A stretch of 64,000 nt of DNA from an uncultured Bartonella sp. (lineage in GTDB: Bacteria; Pseudomonadota; Alphaproteobacteria; Rhizobiales; Rhizobiaceae): positions 74,281-138,280 of the forward strand of contig CAMLCZ010000005.1 in NCBI GenBank assembly GCA_946478665.1, given 5' to 3'. The notes under the pieces were generated by a model. It did no database searches, was not told where the DNA came from, and saw only the letters and a list, made by a program, of their open reading frames with translations. Position numbers and translations under genes: made by a program. Shown here piece after piece: positions 9,235 to 18,814 of this stretch (positions are counted from its first letter, which is position 1; the number at the start of each line of letters is the position of its first letter).

Positions 9235-11430
9235 ATGATAAAAAACTGCACAAAATATTTTTTGCTTAGTCTTCTCTCAAGTGTAAGTGTCGTCACCCCT
9301 TCAATTGCGCAAAACACTGCCTCGGACGTGGCATCAGATGCAAAAGAGAAGGAAAATTCGAACAAAACATCGAAAAAAGACAGCAACAATGCGCAGGGTA
9401 TTTATGAATTAGGGAAGATCACAGTTTATAGTACAAAAGACCAATGGGGCCAAACATCCGGACAAACGATATCTCAAAGCACGGTGACAGCGGAAGATGT
9501 CCGCACTTATAACCGGAATTCGCTTGATGATGCATTAAAAATTGTACCCGGTGTAACAATACAAAATACTGGGACAACCCGTAACGAACAGAAATATTAC
9601 ATCCATGGCTTTGATATGGATCAGGCACCATTGATGATTGATGGTATTCAGGTCTATTTGCCTTATGACAATGGCTTGGACACGGGGCGTTTTCTCACAC
9701 CAGATCTTGCTGAAATACAGGTTCAAAAAGGCTATGTTTCTGTTCTGAACGGCCCAGGCGGCATGGGGGGTGAAGTTAATCTGGTAACACGAAAACCAAC
9801 CAAAGAGCTGGAAGGCGAAATTCGACCAACCGTTAATTTTGGCAATAGAGGTCGCGTAGCAGATTATGTAACATCCGGTTATATCGGCACAAAACAACAA
9901 GGTTTTTATCTGCAAGCCAGTGGCGCTTATAAGGATAGCGATGGCTTTTTCATGTCACGGAAATACGATCCGGTAACGGTTGGGGGCGCCGTTATTGAAG
10001 ATGGCGGAAGGCGTGATTTTTCTGATGTTCGCGATTGGCGTGGTAATTTCAAATTAGGTTTAACCCCCAATGAAACAGATGAATACACCATCAATTATAC
10101 CAAACAGGAAGGCAAAAAGAACTTATTATATGCGGTAGATAGACCGGTTGACGGACTTTCTGTTGGTAGCAAACAATCCGATAGTCAACGCAACTGGAAA
10201 TGGCCAAATTGGGATGTAGAAACAATTTCATTTGCCAGCCATACAGAAATTGGCGAAAAATCCTATATCAACACCAAACTGTATCATGCGGAATTCGATA
10301 ATACGATTGATAGTTATGATGACTATCATTTCAATTCGCAATTCAAGCCGAAATCCTTTGAATCCGCTTATCATGATAAAGGTTGGGGTGGGTCGATTGA
10401 GGCCGGCACAGATCTCATTCCTATGAACACATTAAAAGGTGCCTTGCATTTTCGCCGTGATGAGCATCAGGAATGGAATTTCAAGCGTCCGGACCAGAAA
10501 AACGCTATTCCAGAACCAACAACTGAAGATCATGAAAACATTATGTCTGCTGCATTGGAGAATACGTTTCATGCAACCGATACAATTGATGTGGTTGGCG
10601 GTATCAGTTATGACTATCGTGATCTGAAACGCGCCGATTACGTTATTTCTGGAACACGCGATATCGATCAGTATAAATTGACCAATGATGATGCGGTCAA
10701 TTGGCAATTTGCCGTTATAAATCACATATCAGGAACCGGAGAAATCCATGCAAGTGTTTCTGATCGCACCCGTTTTCCAACCCTTAAAGACCGCTTTTCT
10801 GCGCGCTTTGGTGCTGCTGTTCCCAATCCTTCACTTAAGGCAGAGCAGGCAACCAATTACGAGGTAGGCTGGTCAGATTTGATAACAGCCGATCTAAAGT
10901 TGAGCGCCGCACTTTTTTATAATGATATCAATGACATGATCGACGGTGTTTATCTCAGCACCTACAATGATGATGGAAAAGAATTGGCGCAAAACCGCAA
11001 TGTCGGCGAGGCACATTATAAGGGTATTGAATTAACCTCTGAATGGCAAGCACTAGAAAATCTAAGCATTGGCGGCAATTACACTTTTATGCATGGCAAC
11101 ATTGATTCAAACACATATGATGAAATCAAAGTAACAAACCGGCCAGAGCATAAAGCATTTATCTATGCAAAGTGGTTGCCAACCGAAAAGCTCACGATTG
11201 TACCAAGCATTGAATATAATTCATCACGTTATAACCAGAGGGCTTTCCAAAAAGAGTACAAAAAATCAGATGGTTTTGTTCTGGGAAATATTTCTGCAGA
11301 ATATGCATTTAATAAAAATGCCAGTCTGTCAGCAGGTGTCCGCAATATTACTGATGAAAACTATGAGCTGGATAGTGGTTTTCCCGAAGCCGGCAGAACA
11401 TTTTTCTTGAGTGGACGTTATACTTTCTAA
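9235..11430 (+). CDS. TonB-dependent outer-membrane receptor
   Basis: Start moved to the ATG at 9235 (MIKNCTKYFLLSLLSSVSVVTPSIAQ signal peptide). Plug-domain motifs (SLDDALKIVPGVTIQ, GPGGMGGEVNLVTRKP) and a terminal beta-strand ending GRYTF. Confidence 0.85.
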   Translation: MIKNCTKYFLLSLLSSVSVVTPSIAQNTASDVASDAKEKENSNKTSKKDSNNAQGIYELGKITVYSTKDQWGQTSGQTISQSTVTAEDVRTYNRNSLDDALKIVPGVTIQNTGTTRNEQKYYIHGFDMDQAPLMIDGIQVYLPYDNGLDTGRFLTPDLAEIQVQKGYVSVLNGPGGMGGEVNLVTRKPTKELEGEIRPTVNFGNRGRVADYVTSGYIGTKQQGFYLQASGAYKDSDGFFMSRKYDPVTVGGAVIEDGGRRDFSDVRDWRGNFKLGLTPNETDEYTINYTKQEGKKNLLYAVDRPVDGLSVGSKQSDSQRNWKWPNWDVETISFASHTEIGEKSYINTKLYHAEFDNTIDSYDDYHFNSQFKPKSFESAYHDKGWGGSIEAGTDLIPMNTLKGALHFRRDEHQEWNFKRPDQKNAIPEPTTEDHENIMSAALENTFHATDTIDVVGGISYDYRDLKRADYVISGTRDIDQYKLTNDDAVNWQFAVINHISGTGEIHASVSDRTRFPTLKDRFSARFGAAVPNPSLKAEQATNYEVGWSDLITADLKLSAALFYNDINDMIDGVYLSTYNDDGKELAQNRNVGEAHYKGIELTSEWQALENLSIGGNYTFMHGNIDSNTYDEIKVTNRPEHKAFIYAKWLPTEKLTIVPSIEYNSSRYNQRAFQKEYKKSDGFVLGNISAEYAFNKNASLSAGVRNITDENYELDSGFPEAGRTFFLSGRYTF

Positions 11431-11807
11431 AATCCACTGCGCTAAATTGCACCGTGGGCGTTTTGAAAATGCCCGCGAATTGATATGGTAAAGCAGCTTG
11501 ATATGGCAAAGCAGCGATCCAACCAAAGCTTGGTCTTGCTTCTGTTAAAATCATCAACCCCTTGAAAAATTACACCTGTCATCAATGTGCGTATTTCCTC
11601 AATGCATGGGTTGCCTCAATGCGCGGGTTGCCTCATAAAAAATCATCGGCGCCATTTATAACACACCCAACATAGGCACCTCCAACATACCCCCCTAAAT
11701 GGCAGCCCCAAGATCGCACAGCCGATAGCATCACACTGATAACTGCAAAATTGCTATCAGCACAGTGATTGAACACACAGTGAAAAAAATACCTTAAGAA
11801 TTTCATC

Positions 11808-11840
11808 AAAAAAAGTGCGGTATGAATAATCATACCACAC
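11808..11840 (-). terminator. Rho-independent terminator of the fructose PTS operon
   Basis: Minus-strand reading is gtgtggtatga-ttat-tcataccgcac followed by TTTTTTT: an 11-bp stem with one G-U pair, about 65 nt downstream of the fruA stop. Confidence 0.7.
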
Positions 11841-11903
11841 TTAATATTTGTGCATTTCACCACGTGTAATTTACCAATCAACACATGAGGCTACGCAAGA
11901 GAA

Positions 11904-13622
11904 CTAAGCTTGCGCAGCTGGAATAGGCTTGCGTAAAATTCCAAGTGCAAGTGTTGTTACAATGGTACCAACGATCAGCGCAATAAAGTAACCGAGATAA
12001 TTGATAACCACACCCGGAATAAATGCAAGGAAGATGCCGCCATGCGGTGCTCTTAAACCTGTTCCCATGCTCATTGCTATTGCTCCAGCAACGGCCGAAC
12101 CAATAACCAATGATGGAATAACACGGAATGGATCACGTGCTGCGAATGGTATTGACCCTTCACTAATGAAAGCTAGGCCAAGAATAAACGTTGACACTTT
12201 TGTATTACGTTCTTCTGTGGTGAAGCGATTAGGGAAAACCCAACATGCCAAGCCCAATGCCATAGGTGGCGTCATTCCAGCAATCATCGTGGCGGCAATA
12301 GGACCGTAAATACCCGACGAAATTAACGCAACTGATGTTGCATAAGCTGCCTTGTTGACAGGCCCACCCATATCCACGGCCATCATACCGCCGATGAGTG
12401 CGCCCAATAATAGAGCATTGGCGCCTTGCAAGCCCTTTAACCACTCGGTCAGGAAATTAAGCAAGGACGCAACTGGCGTACCAATTGCATAAAACATTAG
12501 TAAGCCCGTAATCAATGTTGCAACCAATGGCAAGACGAGCACCGGCATTAAACCTTGCAAACTCTTTGGCAGTTTGATGAATTTTATGGCCAGTTTCACA
12601 GCATAACCAGCGATAAAACCTGCCACTATGCCACCAAGAAAACCGGCATTCAAATTTTGCGCCATAAGCCCGCCAATCATACCCGGTGCAATGCCTGGCC
12701 GATCGGCGATAGAATAGGCAATAAAGCCTGCCAAAGCAGGAACCATCAGGGCAAATCCGCCCTTCGCACCAATAACAAATAACGTATTTGCAAAAGTACC
12801 CTGCGCATCTGTCACGCCAATGCCACCTATTGCAAAAGACAGAGCGATCAACAATCCACCGGCAACAACAAACGGCAACATAAACGAAACACCTGTCATC
12901 AAGTGTTTGTAAACACCACCAGCAGATCCTGTACTTTCACTGGCAGCGTTTGCTTCTTGCGAATTATTTTGTTGCACTTCCGCTTTTTCTAGAGCTTTAC
13001 CGATAAGCGCAACACCATCATTAATGGCAGGCTTAGTTCCACTCGTGAAAACACGCTTGCCAGAAAACCGTGTTCTATCAACCTCGCGGTCAGCAGCAAT
13101 AATTACAATATCCGCCTCGGCAATTTCTTGCGCGGTCAAAGGTGTTCCTGCCCCAACCGATCCTTGCGTTTCAACACGAATGTCGTACCCCAATTCCTTT
13201 GCCGCCTCGGCCAAGCCCTCAGCCGCCATAAACGTATGCGCAATACCAGTTGGACAGGATGTTATCGCTACAATGCGTTTCTTTCCGTCTGTCGCAAGTG
13301 GCGCTTTTTGGGCATCGCTGTTTTTCGGCACATTGTCAAAAATTGCTGCAGGATTGGCCAATAGATTTTCATAAGTAATTCGTTGAAGATTACCCTGATA
13401 TCTTTGATACGTATCAGATTGCCAATTTTCATTATTACTGACCAGCAATAATGTTGTGTTTTTATCTTGCTCCAATGCCAATCTGGCTTTTGCATCTGGC
13501 TCAATAATATCAATTGTAATTGTTGTACCAACGGCTTCGGCTGCCTGTTGAAGAACTTCACGCGCAAGCAAGGTGTGAACTTCACCAGCCTCGCTATCCA
13601 ATAGGGCAATTAAATTCATCAT
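11904..13622 (-). CDS. fruA: PTS fructose-specific EIIB'BC component
   Basis: IIB phosphorylation site ITSCPTGIAHTFMAAEGL followed by a polytopic IIC domain. Start set at the MMNLIALL ATG (13622), which has a GGAGAG RBS. Confidence 0.9.
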   Translation of the reverse strand: MMNLIALLDSEAGEVHTLLAREVLQQAAEAVGTTITIDIIEPDAKARLALEQDKNTTLLLVSNNENWQSDTYQRYQGNLQRITYENLLANPAAIFDNVPKNSDAQKAPLATDGKKRIVAITSCPTGIAHTFMAAEGLAEAAKELGYDIRVETQGSVGAGTPLTAQEIAEADIVIIAADREVDRTRFSGKRVFTSGTKPAINDGVALIGKALEKAEVQQNNSQEANAASESTGSAGGVYKHLMTGVSFMLPFVVAGGLLIALSFAIGGIGVTDAQGTFANTLFVIGAKGGFALMVPALAGFIAYSIADRPGIAPGMIGGLMAQNLNAGFLGGIVAGFIAGYAVKLAIKFIKLPKSLQGLMPVLVLPLVATLITGLLMFYAIGTPVASLLNFLTEWLKGLQGANALLLGALIGGMMAVDMGGPVNKAAYATSVALISSGIYGPIAATMIAGMTPPMALGLACWVFPNRFTTEERNTKVSTFILGLAFISEGSIPFAARDPFRVIPSLVIGSAVAGAIAMSMGTGLRAPHGGIFLAFIPGVVINYLGYFIALIVGTIVTTLALGILRKPIPAAQA

Positions 13623-13647
13623 TCTCTCCTCGTCCGAATATGCTGGA

Positions 13648-14580
13648 TTAAGACACCAACTGACATGCAACAGCTGAAGCCAAATGCTCTATTTGTTTTT
13701 TATCAGGTAAAGTCGGTCCTTCATGTCCCAGTTTACCAACGGCAAAAGCGGTGCCTAATCGAGCTATTCGCTCCAACGGTGCATTTTCGCAAAGTGCGGC
13801 AGCTATACCGGCAACCATTGCGTCACCTGCCCCCACCGTGCTTTCTACTTTTTCAGCGCGCATTTGCGCATGCATGGCTTGATTGGCATCTACAAATAAA
13901 GCGCCATTGGCGCCCATAGAAACCGTCACAAGTTTTAAACCACGATTAATCAAGGAACGCGCAATATCCAGAATTTCACCGCGATCACTTAAAGTTTTCC
14001 CACAATATTGCGAAAGTTCATCAATATTGGGTTTGATTGCATAAGGCAGTGTGTCAGCTTTTAAAACCGCCTGTAAAGCATCACCACTACAATCAACGAT
14101 GACTTTGGTTTCCGGCGATAATTTGGAAACAATATTCGTATAATATGCTGTATCAACTTTCGGCAATAAACTGCCTGCCAACACAACAAGCCAATCCTTA
14201 CCTGAAAAACTGCCAAGCACTTGGTTAAGCGCTTCCAATTGTTGGGGCGTAACTGCATCACCTGACAGATTAATATCTGTGGTATCTACCGCATCTACAA
14301 TTTTTATATTGGTGCGGGTTGTTCCTGGGCGTCGAATAAACCGGTCTTCTATTCCACGTTTATCAAACAATTCTTGGAAAATACCAATATTGTCTGCCCC
14401 AAGAAAACCAGTAGCTGTTGTGCTTATGCCAAAGTCTGCAAGACAGGCAGCAACATTAATACCCTTGCCCCCTGCATTAAACCGCACTAACGAAGCCCGA
14501 TGCACTTCCCCAACGATCAAACGTTGTAAATGAAGGGTTTCATCTATTGCCGGATTTACGGTAAGCGTTGCAACTCTCAT
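13648..14580 (-). CDS. fruK: 1-phosphofructokinase (PfkB family)
   Basis: 310 aa. PfkB signatures NAGGKGINVA and GAGDAMVAGI. Its ATG overlaps the fruB stop (ATGA), and it sits between fruB and fruA. Confidence 0.9.
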   Translation of the reverse strand: MRVATLTVNPAIDETLHLQRLIVGEVHRASLVRFNAGGKGINVAACLADFGISTTATGFLGADNIGIFQELFDKRGIEDRFIRRPGTTRTNIKIVDAVDTTDINLSGDAVTPQQLEALNQVLGSFSGKDWLVVLAGSLLPKVDTAYYTNIVSKLSPETKVIVDCSGDALQAVLKADTLPYAIKPNIDELSQYCGKTLSDRGEILDIARSLINRGLKLVTVSMGANGALFVDANQAMHAQMRAEKVESTVGAGDAMVAGIAAALCENAPLERIARLGTAFAVGKLGHEGPTLPDKKQIEHLASAVACQLVS

Positions 14581-17096
14581 AACGTTTCCCCGTCCAATGC
14601 GCGAACGTCTGCTGCTGTCTCACATTGAAGTGCTTTTTCTACCAGCGCCTTCATATCGGCAAAACTATGCGACCGCAGCCGCGCTTTAACAGCTGAAATA
14701 TCGCGCGGTGTCATGGATAGTTCATTGACACCCAAACCCATCAGCAACATTGCCCCAAATGGGTCACCCGCAATACCACCGCAAACACCAACCCATTTTT
14801 TATGAACCGACGCACCTTTGACCGTTTGTTGCACCATCCGCAAAACAGCAGGATTAAGACTATCAGCCTCTGCCGCCAAATCAGGGTTTTGCCGGTCGAC
14901 AGCCATGGTATATTGCGTTAAGTCATTGGTACCGATGGAGAAGAAATCCACATATTGTGCCAATTTATCCGCCATAATAGCCGCCGCCGGAACCTCGATC
15001 ATGATACCCAATTTCAAAACTGGCGCATCAAGATCCGAGCGTATTTCCTCGGCAATGGCTTTCAGCTCTTTTACCTCAGAAACCGACATAATCATAGGAA
15101 ACATGATCCAAGGATTGCCGCCATCTTTGGCGGCACGATATATTGCGCGCAATTGCGGTATTAGCAAATCTTTACGGCGCAATAAAAGGCGCGCACCACG
15201 TACCCCTAAAAATGGATTATCTTCAGTTGGCAAATGCAAATGCGCCACCTGTTTATCGCCACCAATGTCCAGGGCACGGATAATCAGCGGTTTGCCATTT
15301 AGCGCATTTATCATATCGCGATAAATCTGATATTGGCTATCTTCATCAGGCGTTTCATTGCTTTCAAGGAACAGAAATTCTGTCCGCATCAAGCCTACAC
15401 CTTCACCGCCCTGTTCCTGTGCAAATGCCACCTGTTCCGCACGATTAATATTGGCTGCAATGTCAATTTTATAACCATCAGATGTTTCTGCCGGTAAGGC
15501 ACGTGCAGCAGCCTGTTTGTCGCGTTCCTTGGCTATTTGCACAATCTGTTTTTCTGCCGCCGCAATATCATCTTGTGTCGCATCAAGATAGATAATGCCA
15601 TTATAGCCGTCCAGAATAACATCTTTACCATCTGGAATATCCAAAATTTGCGGTCCTGCTGCAACCAAAGCCGGTATCCCCAAAGTCCGCGCAAGAATGG
15701 CTGTATGTGAAGTTGGACCACCCGATGCCGTTACCAAGCCGCGAACCTTGTTAGGATCCAAATTGGCAGTATCAGACGGTGTTAGGTCATCTGCAACGAT
15801 AATTGCTCCATCTGTTATTCCCTCAAATGATCCTTTTGCATAAGCTGGATCAATTTCAGCCAATACACGGCCGCCAACATCGCGCAAATCAACAGCACGC
15901 GCTGCAAGCAACGGATTATCCATAGACGTTAATTGATTGGCCACTTCATCAACCGCTTCATGCCATGACCACGCCGCACCATGACCTTTGGCCATCAGTC
16001 GGCAGGCTGAAGCAATAAGATTATCATCATCAAGAAGTTTTGCTTGCGCCGAAAAAATCGCAGCATCAGATGCACCAATACGGCGCGTCACATCATCAAC
16101 AATCGCTTTCATCTTGTGTTTGGTGCGCGACAATGCGTTTTCCAAAAGACGTGCACCATCTGTAAGATCTTGTTTTACGTCCTCGACAGCAACATTACCC
16201 GTTTGAAGAACAAAAACATTACCAATCGAAAGCCCTGGGCTTGCGGAAATCGCCTCATGCCCCGCGGCTCCTGATGGTGGCTGCCATCCGTGAACTTTTT
16301 TAGGCTTCATTTGGGATTTTTCAGCAGATTCCCGTTCACTGGCAGTAATTTTTCTAATGGCCAATACAGCCTTATCAAGCAGAGCAGAACCGTTTTCAGC
16401 ATCTGTTGAGAAAACAAGTGTATCTCCCAATTTTGCTCCAAGTTGTAATAGCCCGGCCAAGCTTTTCATATCTGTCGCTTGCGTGCCATTACGTACTTGA
16501 ATGGGTGCACTGCTTTTTTTGGCAAAATCCACCCAAATAGAAGCAGGACGGGCGTGCAAACCAGAAGGATAATCCAACACCCATTCCGTTTTTACCGAAA
16601 GGTCATTCGCCTGTTTTTTCTCACCACTATCCTGCTTTGCCAAAAGTGCTGAAAGAATAGCATTTTTATCAGTTGTATGGGTAAGTTCGTGTAGCCTTTT
16701 CGGGTCAGACAGAAGCCGCGTAAGTTTTTTCAAAATTTCAATATGGCCATCTGAATTGGCCGCAATAGCAAAGATAAGAGTTGCCTTCTCGCCATTTTGC
16801 CATTCAACCCCATCTGGTATTTGAACAACTGATACAGCATCATGCTTTACAAGGTTGCGATCCTCAACCATACCATGAGGAATTGCCACACCTGACCCAA
16901 GCCAAGTGTTTGCCACTTTTTCTCTTTCAAGCATGCTTTCAACATACTGGGGTTCAATCGCACCTGCCTTAACCAAAAGACCTGCAGCAGTTCTTATCGC
17001 CTCTTCCTTATTATCGAAATGGGCAGAAAGACATATCGCATTATCAGACAGAATTGCTGTATTTTCGGGTACTACTGTCACGGTTTCCTCCCTCAC
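14577..17096 (-). CDS. fruB: Multiphosphoryl transfer protein: fused PTS EIIA(Fru)-HPr-like-Enzyme I
   Basis: 839 aa. EIIA motif GVAIPHG, HPr-like GLHARPA, and the EI active-site region GGPTSHTAILARTLGIPALV plus an EI C-terminal PEP-utilising domain. GTG start. Confidence 0.9.
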   Translation of the reverse strand: MREETVTVVPENTAILSDNAICLSAHFDNKEEAIRTAAGLLVKAGAIEPQYVESMLEREKVANTWLGSGVAIPHGMVEDRNLVKHDAVSVVQIPDGVEWQNGEKATLIFAIAANSDGHIEILKKLTRLLSDPKRLHELTHTTDKNAILSALLAKQDSGEKKQANDLSVKTEWVLDYPSGLHARPASIWVDFAKKSSAPIQVRNGTQATDMKSLAGLLQLGAKLGDTLVFSTDAENGSALLDKAVLAIRKITASERESAEKSQMKPKKVHGWQPPSGAAGHEAISASPGLSIGNVFVLQTGNVAVEDVKQDLTDGARLLENALSRTKHKMKAIVDDVTRRIGASDAAIFSAQAKLLDDDNLIASACRLMAKGHGAAWSWHEAVDEVANQLTSMDNPLLAARAVDLRDVGGRVLAEIDPAYAKGSFEGITDGAIIVADDLTPSDTANLDPNKVRGLVTASGGPTSHTAILARTLGIPALVAAGPQILDIPDGKDVILDGYNGIIYLDATQDDIAAAEKQIVQIAKERDKQAAARALPAETSDGYKIDIAANINRAEQVAFAQEQGGEGVGLMRTEFLFLESNETPDEDSQYQIYRDMINALNGKPLIIRALDIGGDKQVAHLHLPTEDNPFLGVRGARLLLRRKDLLIPQLRAIYRAAKDGGNPWIMFPMIMSVSEVKELKAIAEEIRSDLDAPVLKLGIMIEVPAAAIMADKLAQYVDFFSIGTNDLTQYTMAVDRQNPDLAAEADSLNPAVLRMVQQTVKGASVHKKWVGVCGGIAGDPFGAMLLMGLGVNELSMTPRDISAVKARLRSHSFADMKALVEKALQCETAADVRALDGETL

Positions 17097-17113
17097 AGCT
17101 TAGGTGTTAGAAT

Positions 17114-17126
17114 TGAAAACGTTTTC
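17114..17126. promoter_or_regulatory. Candidate FruR/LacI-type operator O1
   Basis: TGAAAACGTTTTC contains the perfect 12-bp palindrome GAAAACGTTTTC. It lies 18 bp upstream of the fruB start, in the fruB/regulator divergent region. Confidence 0.6.
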
Positions 17127-17179
17127 TTGAAAAAAGTCAAGCAAGCGCATAGTTAGTCGGGATATTTTACAGCAAATAA

Positions 17180-17193
17180 TGAAAACGTTTTCA
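17180..17193. promoter_or_regulatory. Candidate FruR/LacI-type operator O2
   Basis: TGAAAACGTTTTCA is a perfect 14-bp palindrome with a central CG, 66 bp from O1 and 23 bp upstream of the regulator ATG. Confidence 0.6.
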
Positions 17194-17215
17194 AGACAAA
17201 TCGTCGGAATAAATA

Positions 17216-18196
17216 ATGGGCACAGGAATAAAAGAAGTTGCTAAAATAGCAGGTGTTTCACCGGCAACTGTATCACGCACAATATCTGGCGGTGTTGTCA
17301 GTCCAGTCCTGAAAGAGCGTGTCCTTGCTGCAATCGAACAAACAGGCTACCGCCCCAATCTGGCTGCTCGGCGGTTAAGAGCCAATAAAAGCGATACAAT
17401 TGGCCTTATTGTTGCTGATATAAGAAACCCGTTTTTTACTGCTGTTGCGCGCATGATTGATGATATTGCTAGTCATAATGGGCAGCACGTAATCCTATGC
17501 AACACGGATGAAAACCCCAAAAGAGAACAAATTTATCTCAATTTGATGGAGCAGGAAAATGTTGCGGGCATCATTCTTTCAGCCACATTGCCCAGCATCA
17601 AAAAACCAGAATTATTGCGCGCTGAGCGCCCAATCATGTTAATTGATCGGCAACCGTTAAAACCACTTTATGATGCTGTATTTATTGATAATAAATCGGC
17701 TGCTGAAAGGCTCGTTCATCATCTGAATCATAATGGATTCAAAAAAATTGTCTGTCTTTATGGCGCAACAAGTTCCACAGGTTATGACAGAAAACTTGGT
17801 TATGAAAACGCCATGCAATCACTGGGATTAAGGGCAAAAAGCCTACCTATTCGACATAGTCAGAAAACTCTGGAAAATGTATTGACGAATTTATTCGCCA
17901 AATCATCTCGCCCCGAAGCTTTAATCGTTACAAACAGCGTAATGGCACTAAAAACTGCAGAATTTTTGCAAAAAAGGGGCATCAGTGTTCCGGATCAAAT
18001 TGCCTTGGCAGCATTTGATAATGAACCATGGATGCAGCTTGTGTTTCATGGCATAACCACCATTGCACAGCCGATTGAAGATATTGCAAGAGAAGCCTAT
18101 CGCGGATTGATGGATCGAATTAATCAACCGCAAAAATCCGTTCGCAACATCGTTTTAACGAGCAAACTCATTGTCCGAAATTCGACAAAAAAGTGA
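17216..18196 (+). CDS. LacI-family transcriptional regulator (FruR/Cra-like by context)
   Basis: N-terminal HTH IKEVAKIAGVSPATVSRTISG followed by a periplasmic-binding-protein-like sugar-binding domain. Divergent from fruBKA. Confidence 0.85.
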   Translation: MGTGIKEVAKIAGVSPATVSRTISGGVVSPVLKERVLAAIEQTGYRPNLAARRLRANKSDTIGLIVADIRNPFFTAVARMIDDIASHNGQHVILCNTDENPKREQIYLNLMEQENVAGIILSATLPSIKKPELLRAERPIMLIDRQPLKPLYDAVFIDNKSAAERLVHHLNHNGFKKIVCLYGATSSTGYDRKLGYENAMQSLGLRAKSLPIRHSQKTLENVLTNLFAKSSRPEALIVTNSVMALKTAEFLQKRGISVPDQIALAAFDNEPWMQLVFHGITTIAQPIEDIAREAYRGLMDRINQPQKSVRNIVLTSKLIVRNSTKK

Positions 18197-18285
18197 ATTC
18201 TGTCGACAAAAAGGCATATTTGTCTTTCATTAAAACAGATTTTTGCAACAGAACTTAAAAATAATCGCGGTGAAAAGGCAAAAAT

Positions 18286-18344
18286 CACAAGTGATTTGAT
18301 ATTATTCGAAGCGATTAGCACAAGTGATTTGATATCATTCCAAG
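18286..18344. repeat. Two direct copies of a 26-nt motif (33-bp period)
   Basis: cacaagtgatttgatattattcgaag at 18286 and cacaagtgatttgatatcattccaag at 18319. Confidence 0.8.
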
Positions 18345-18396
18345 TCGTTGGGTGTCGTTCAATGTGTCTTTTTCGATAAACACCGAAAACAAAAAT

Positions 18397-18436
18397 AAGG
18401 ACAAGGACAAGGACAAGGACAAGGACAAGGACAAGG
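18397..18436. repeat. Hexanucleotide microsatellite (AAGGAC) x 6.7
   Basis: A perfect aaggac run read directly from the sequence. It generates the spurious (LV)n ORF on the minus strand. Confidence 0.95.
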
Positions 18437-18814
18437 GTGCCTACACGAACACAGGCAATCAATACCCCAAGTTCCAAAAATTGGTTTTATGACCAATTAT
18501 TCATGCCAACAAACATACTAACAGACATAATTGTCAGCAAACATGATTGCCAGCAGGCACAATAGCAAACAAACATAATCTATCTGGCTGGCGAATATAA
18601 ACTAACCAATGGGTGTAAATTAACCGATTGAAGGAGAGTGATCCATAGGTTTAAAGTACCCCCTACCGATTGGCGAAAAGTGACCGATGTTTGTAAAAGC
18701 CAATGAATACAAAAGCCGATGTGTATTAAAAGGCAGCTATCCTGAAAGTTCAAAGCCGGTATACTGACAGTTTGTATATGAGCTTATCAAATATCTGATT
18801 ACGAAATGCTAGCT

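Noticed and set aside
11633-11884. 83-aa minus-strand ORF downstream of fruA
   Set aside because: It spans the fruA terminator hairpin, has no RBS and has a Cys/His/Gly-rich odd composition. Probably non-coding.
12001-16274. Numerous 60-170-aa ORFs inside and antisense to fruA, fruK and fruB (and similarly inside metH, the TonB receptors and yidC)
   Set aside because: All are nested in, or antisense to, long ORFs with strong family signatures. None has independent support.
18124-18477. 117-aa minus-strand ORF containing (LV)n
   Set aside because: The LVLVLV stretch is simply the translated AAGGAC microsatellite. The ORF overlaps the 3' end of the LacI-family gene and shows no other coding signal.
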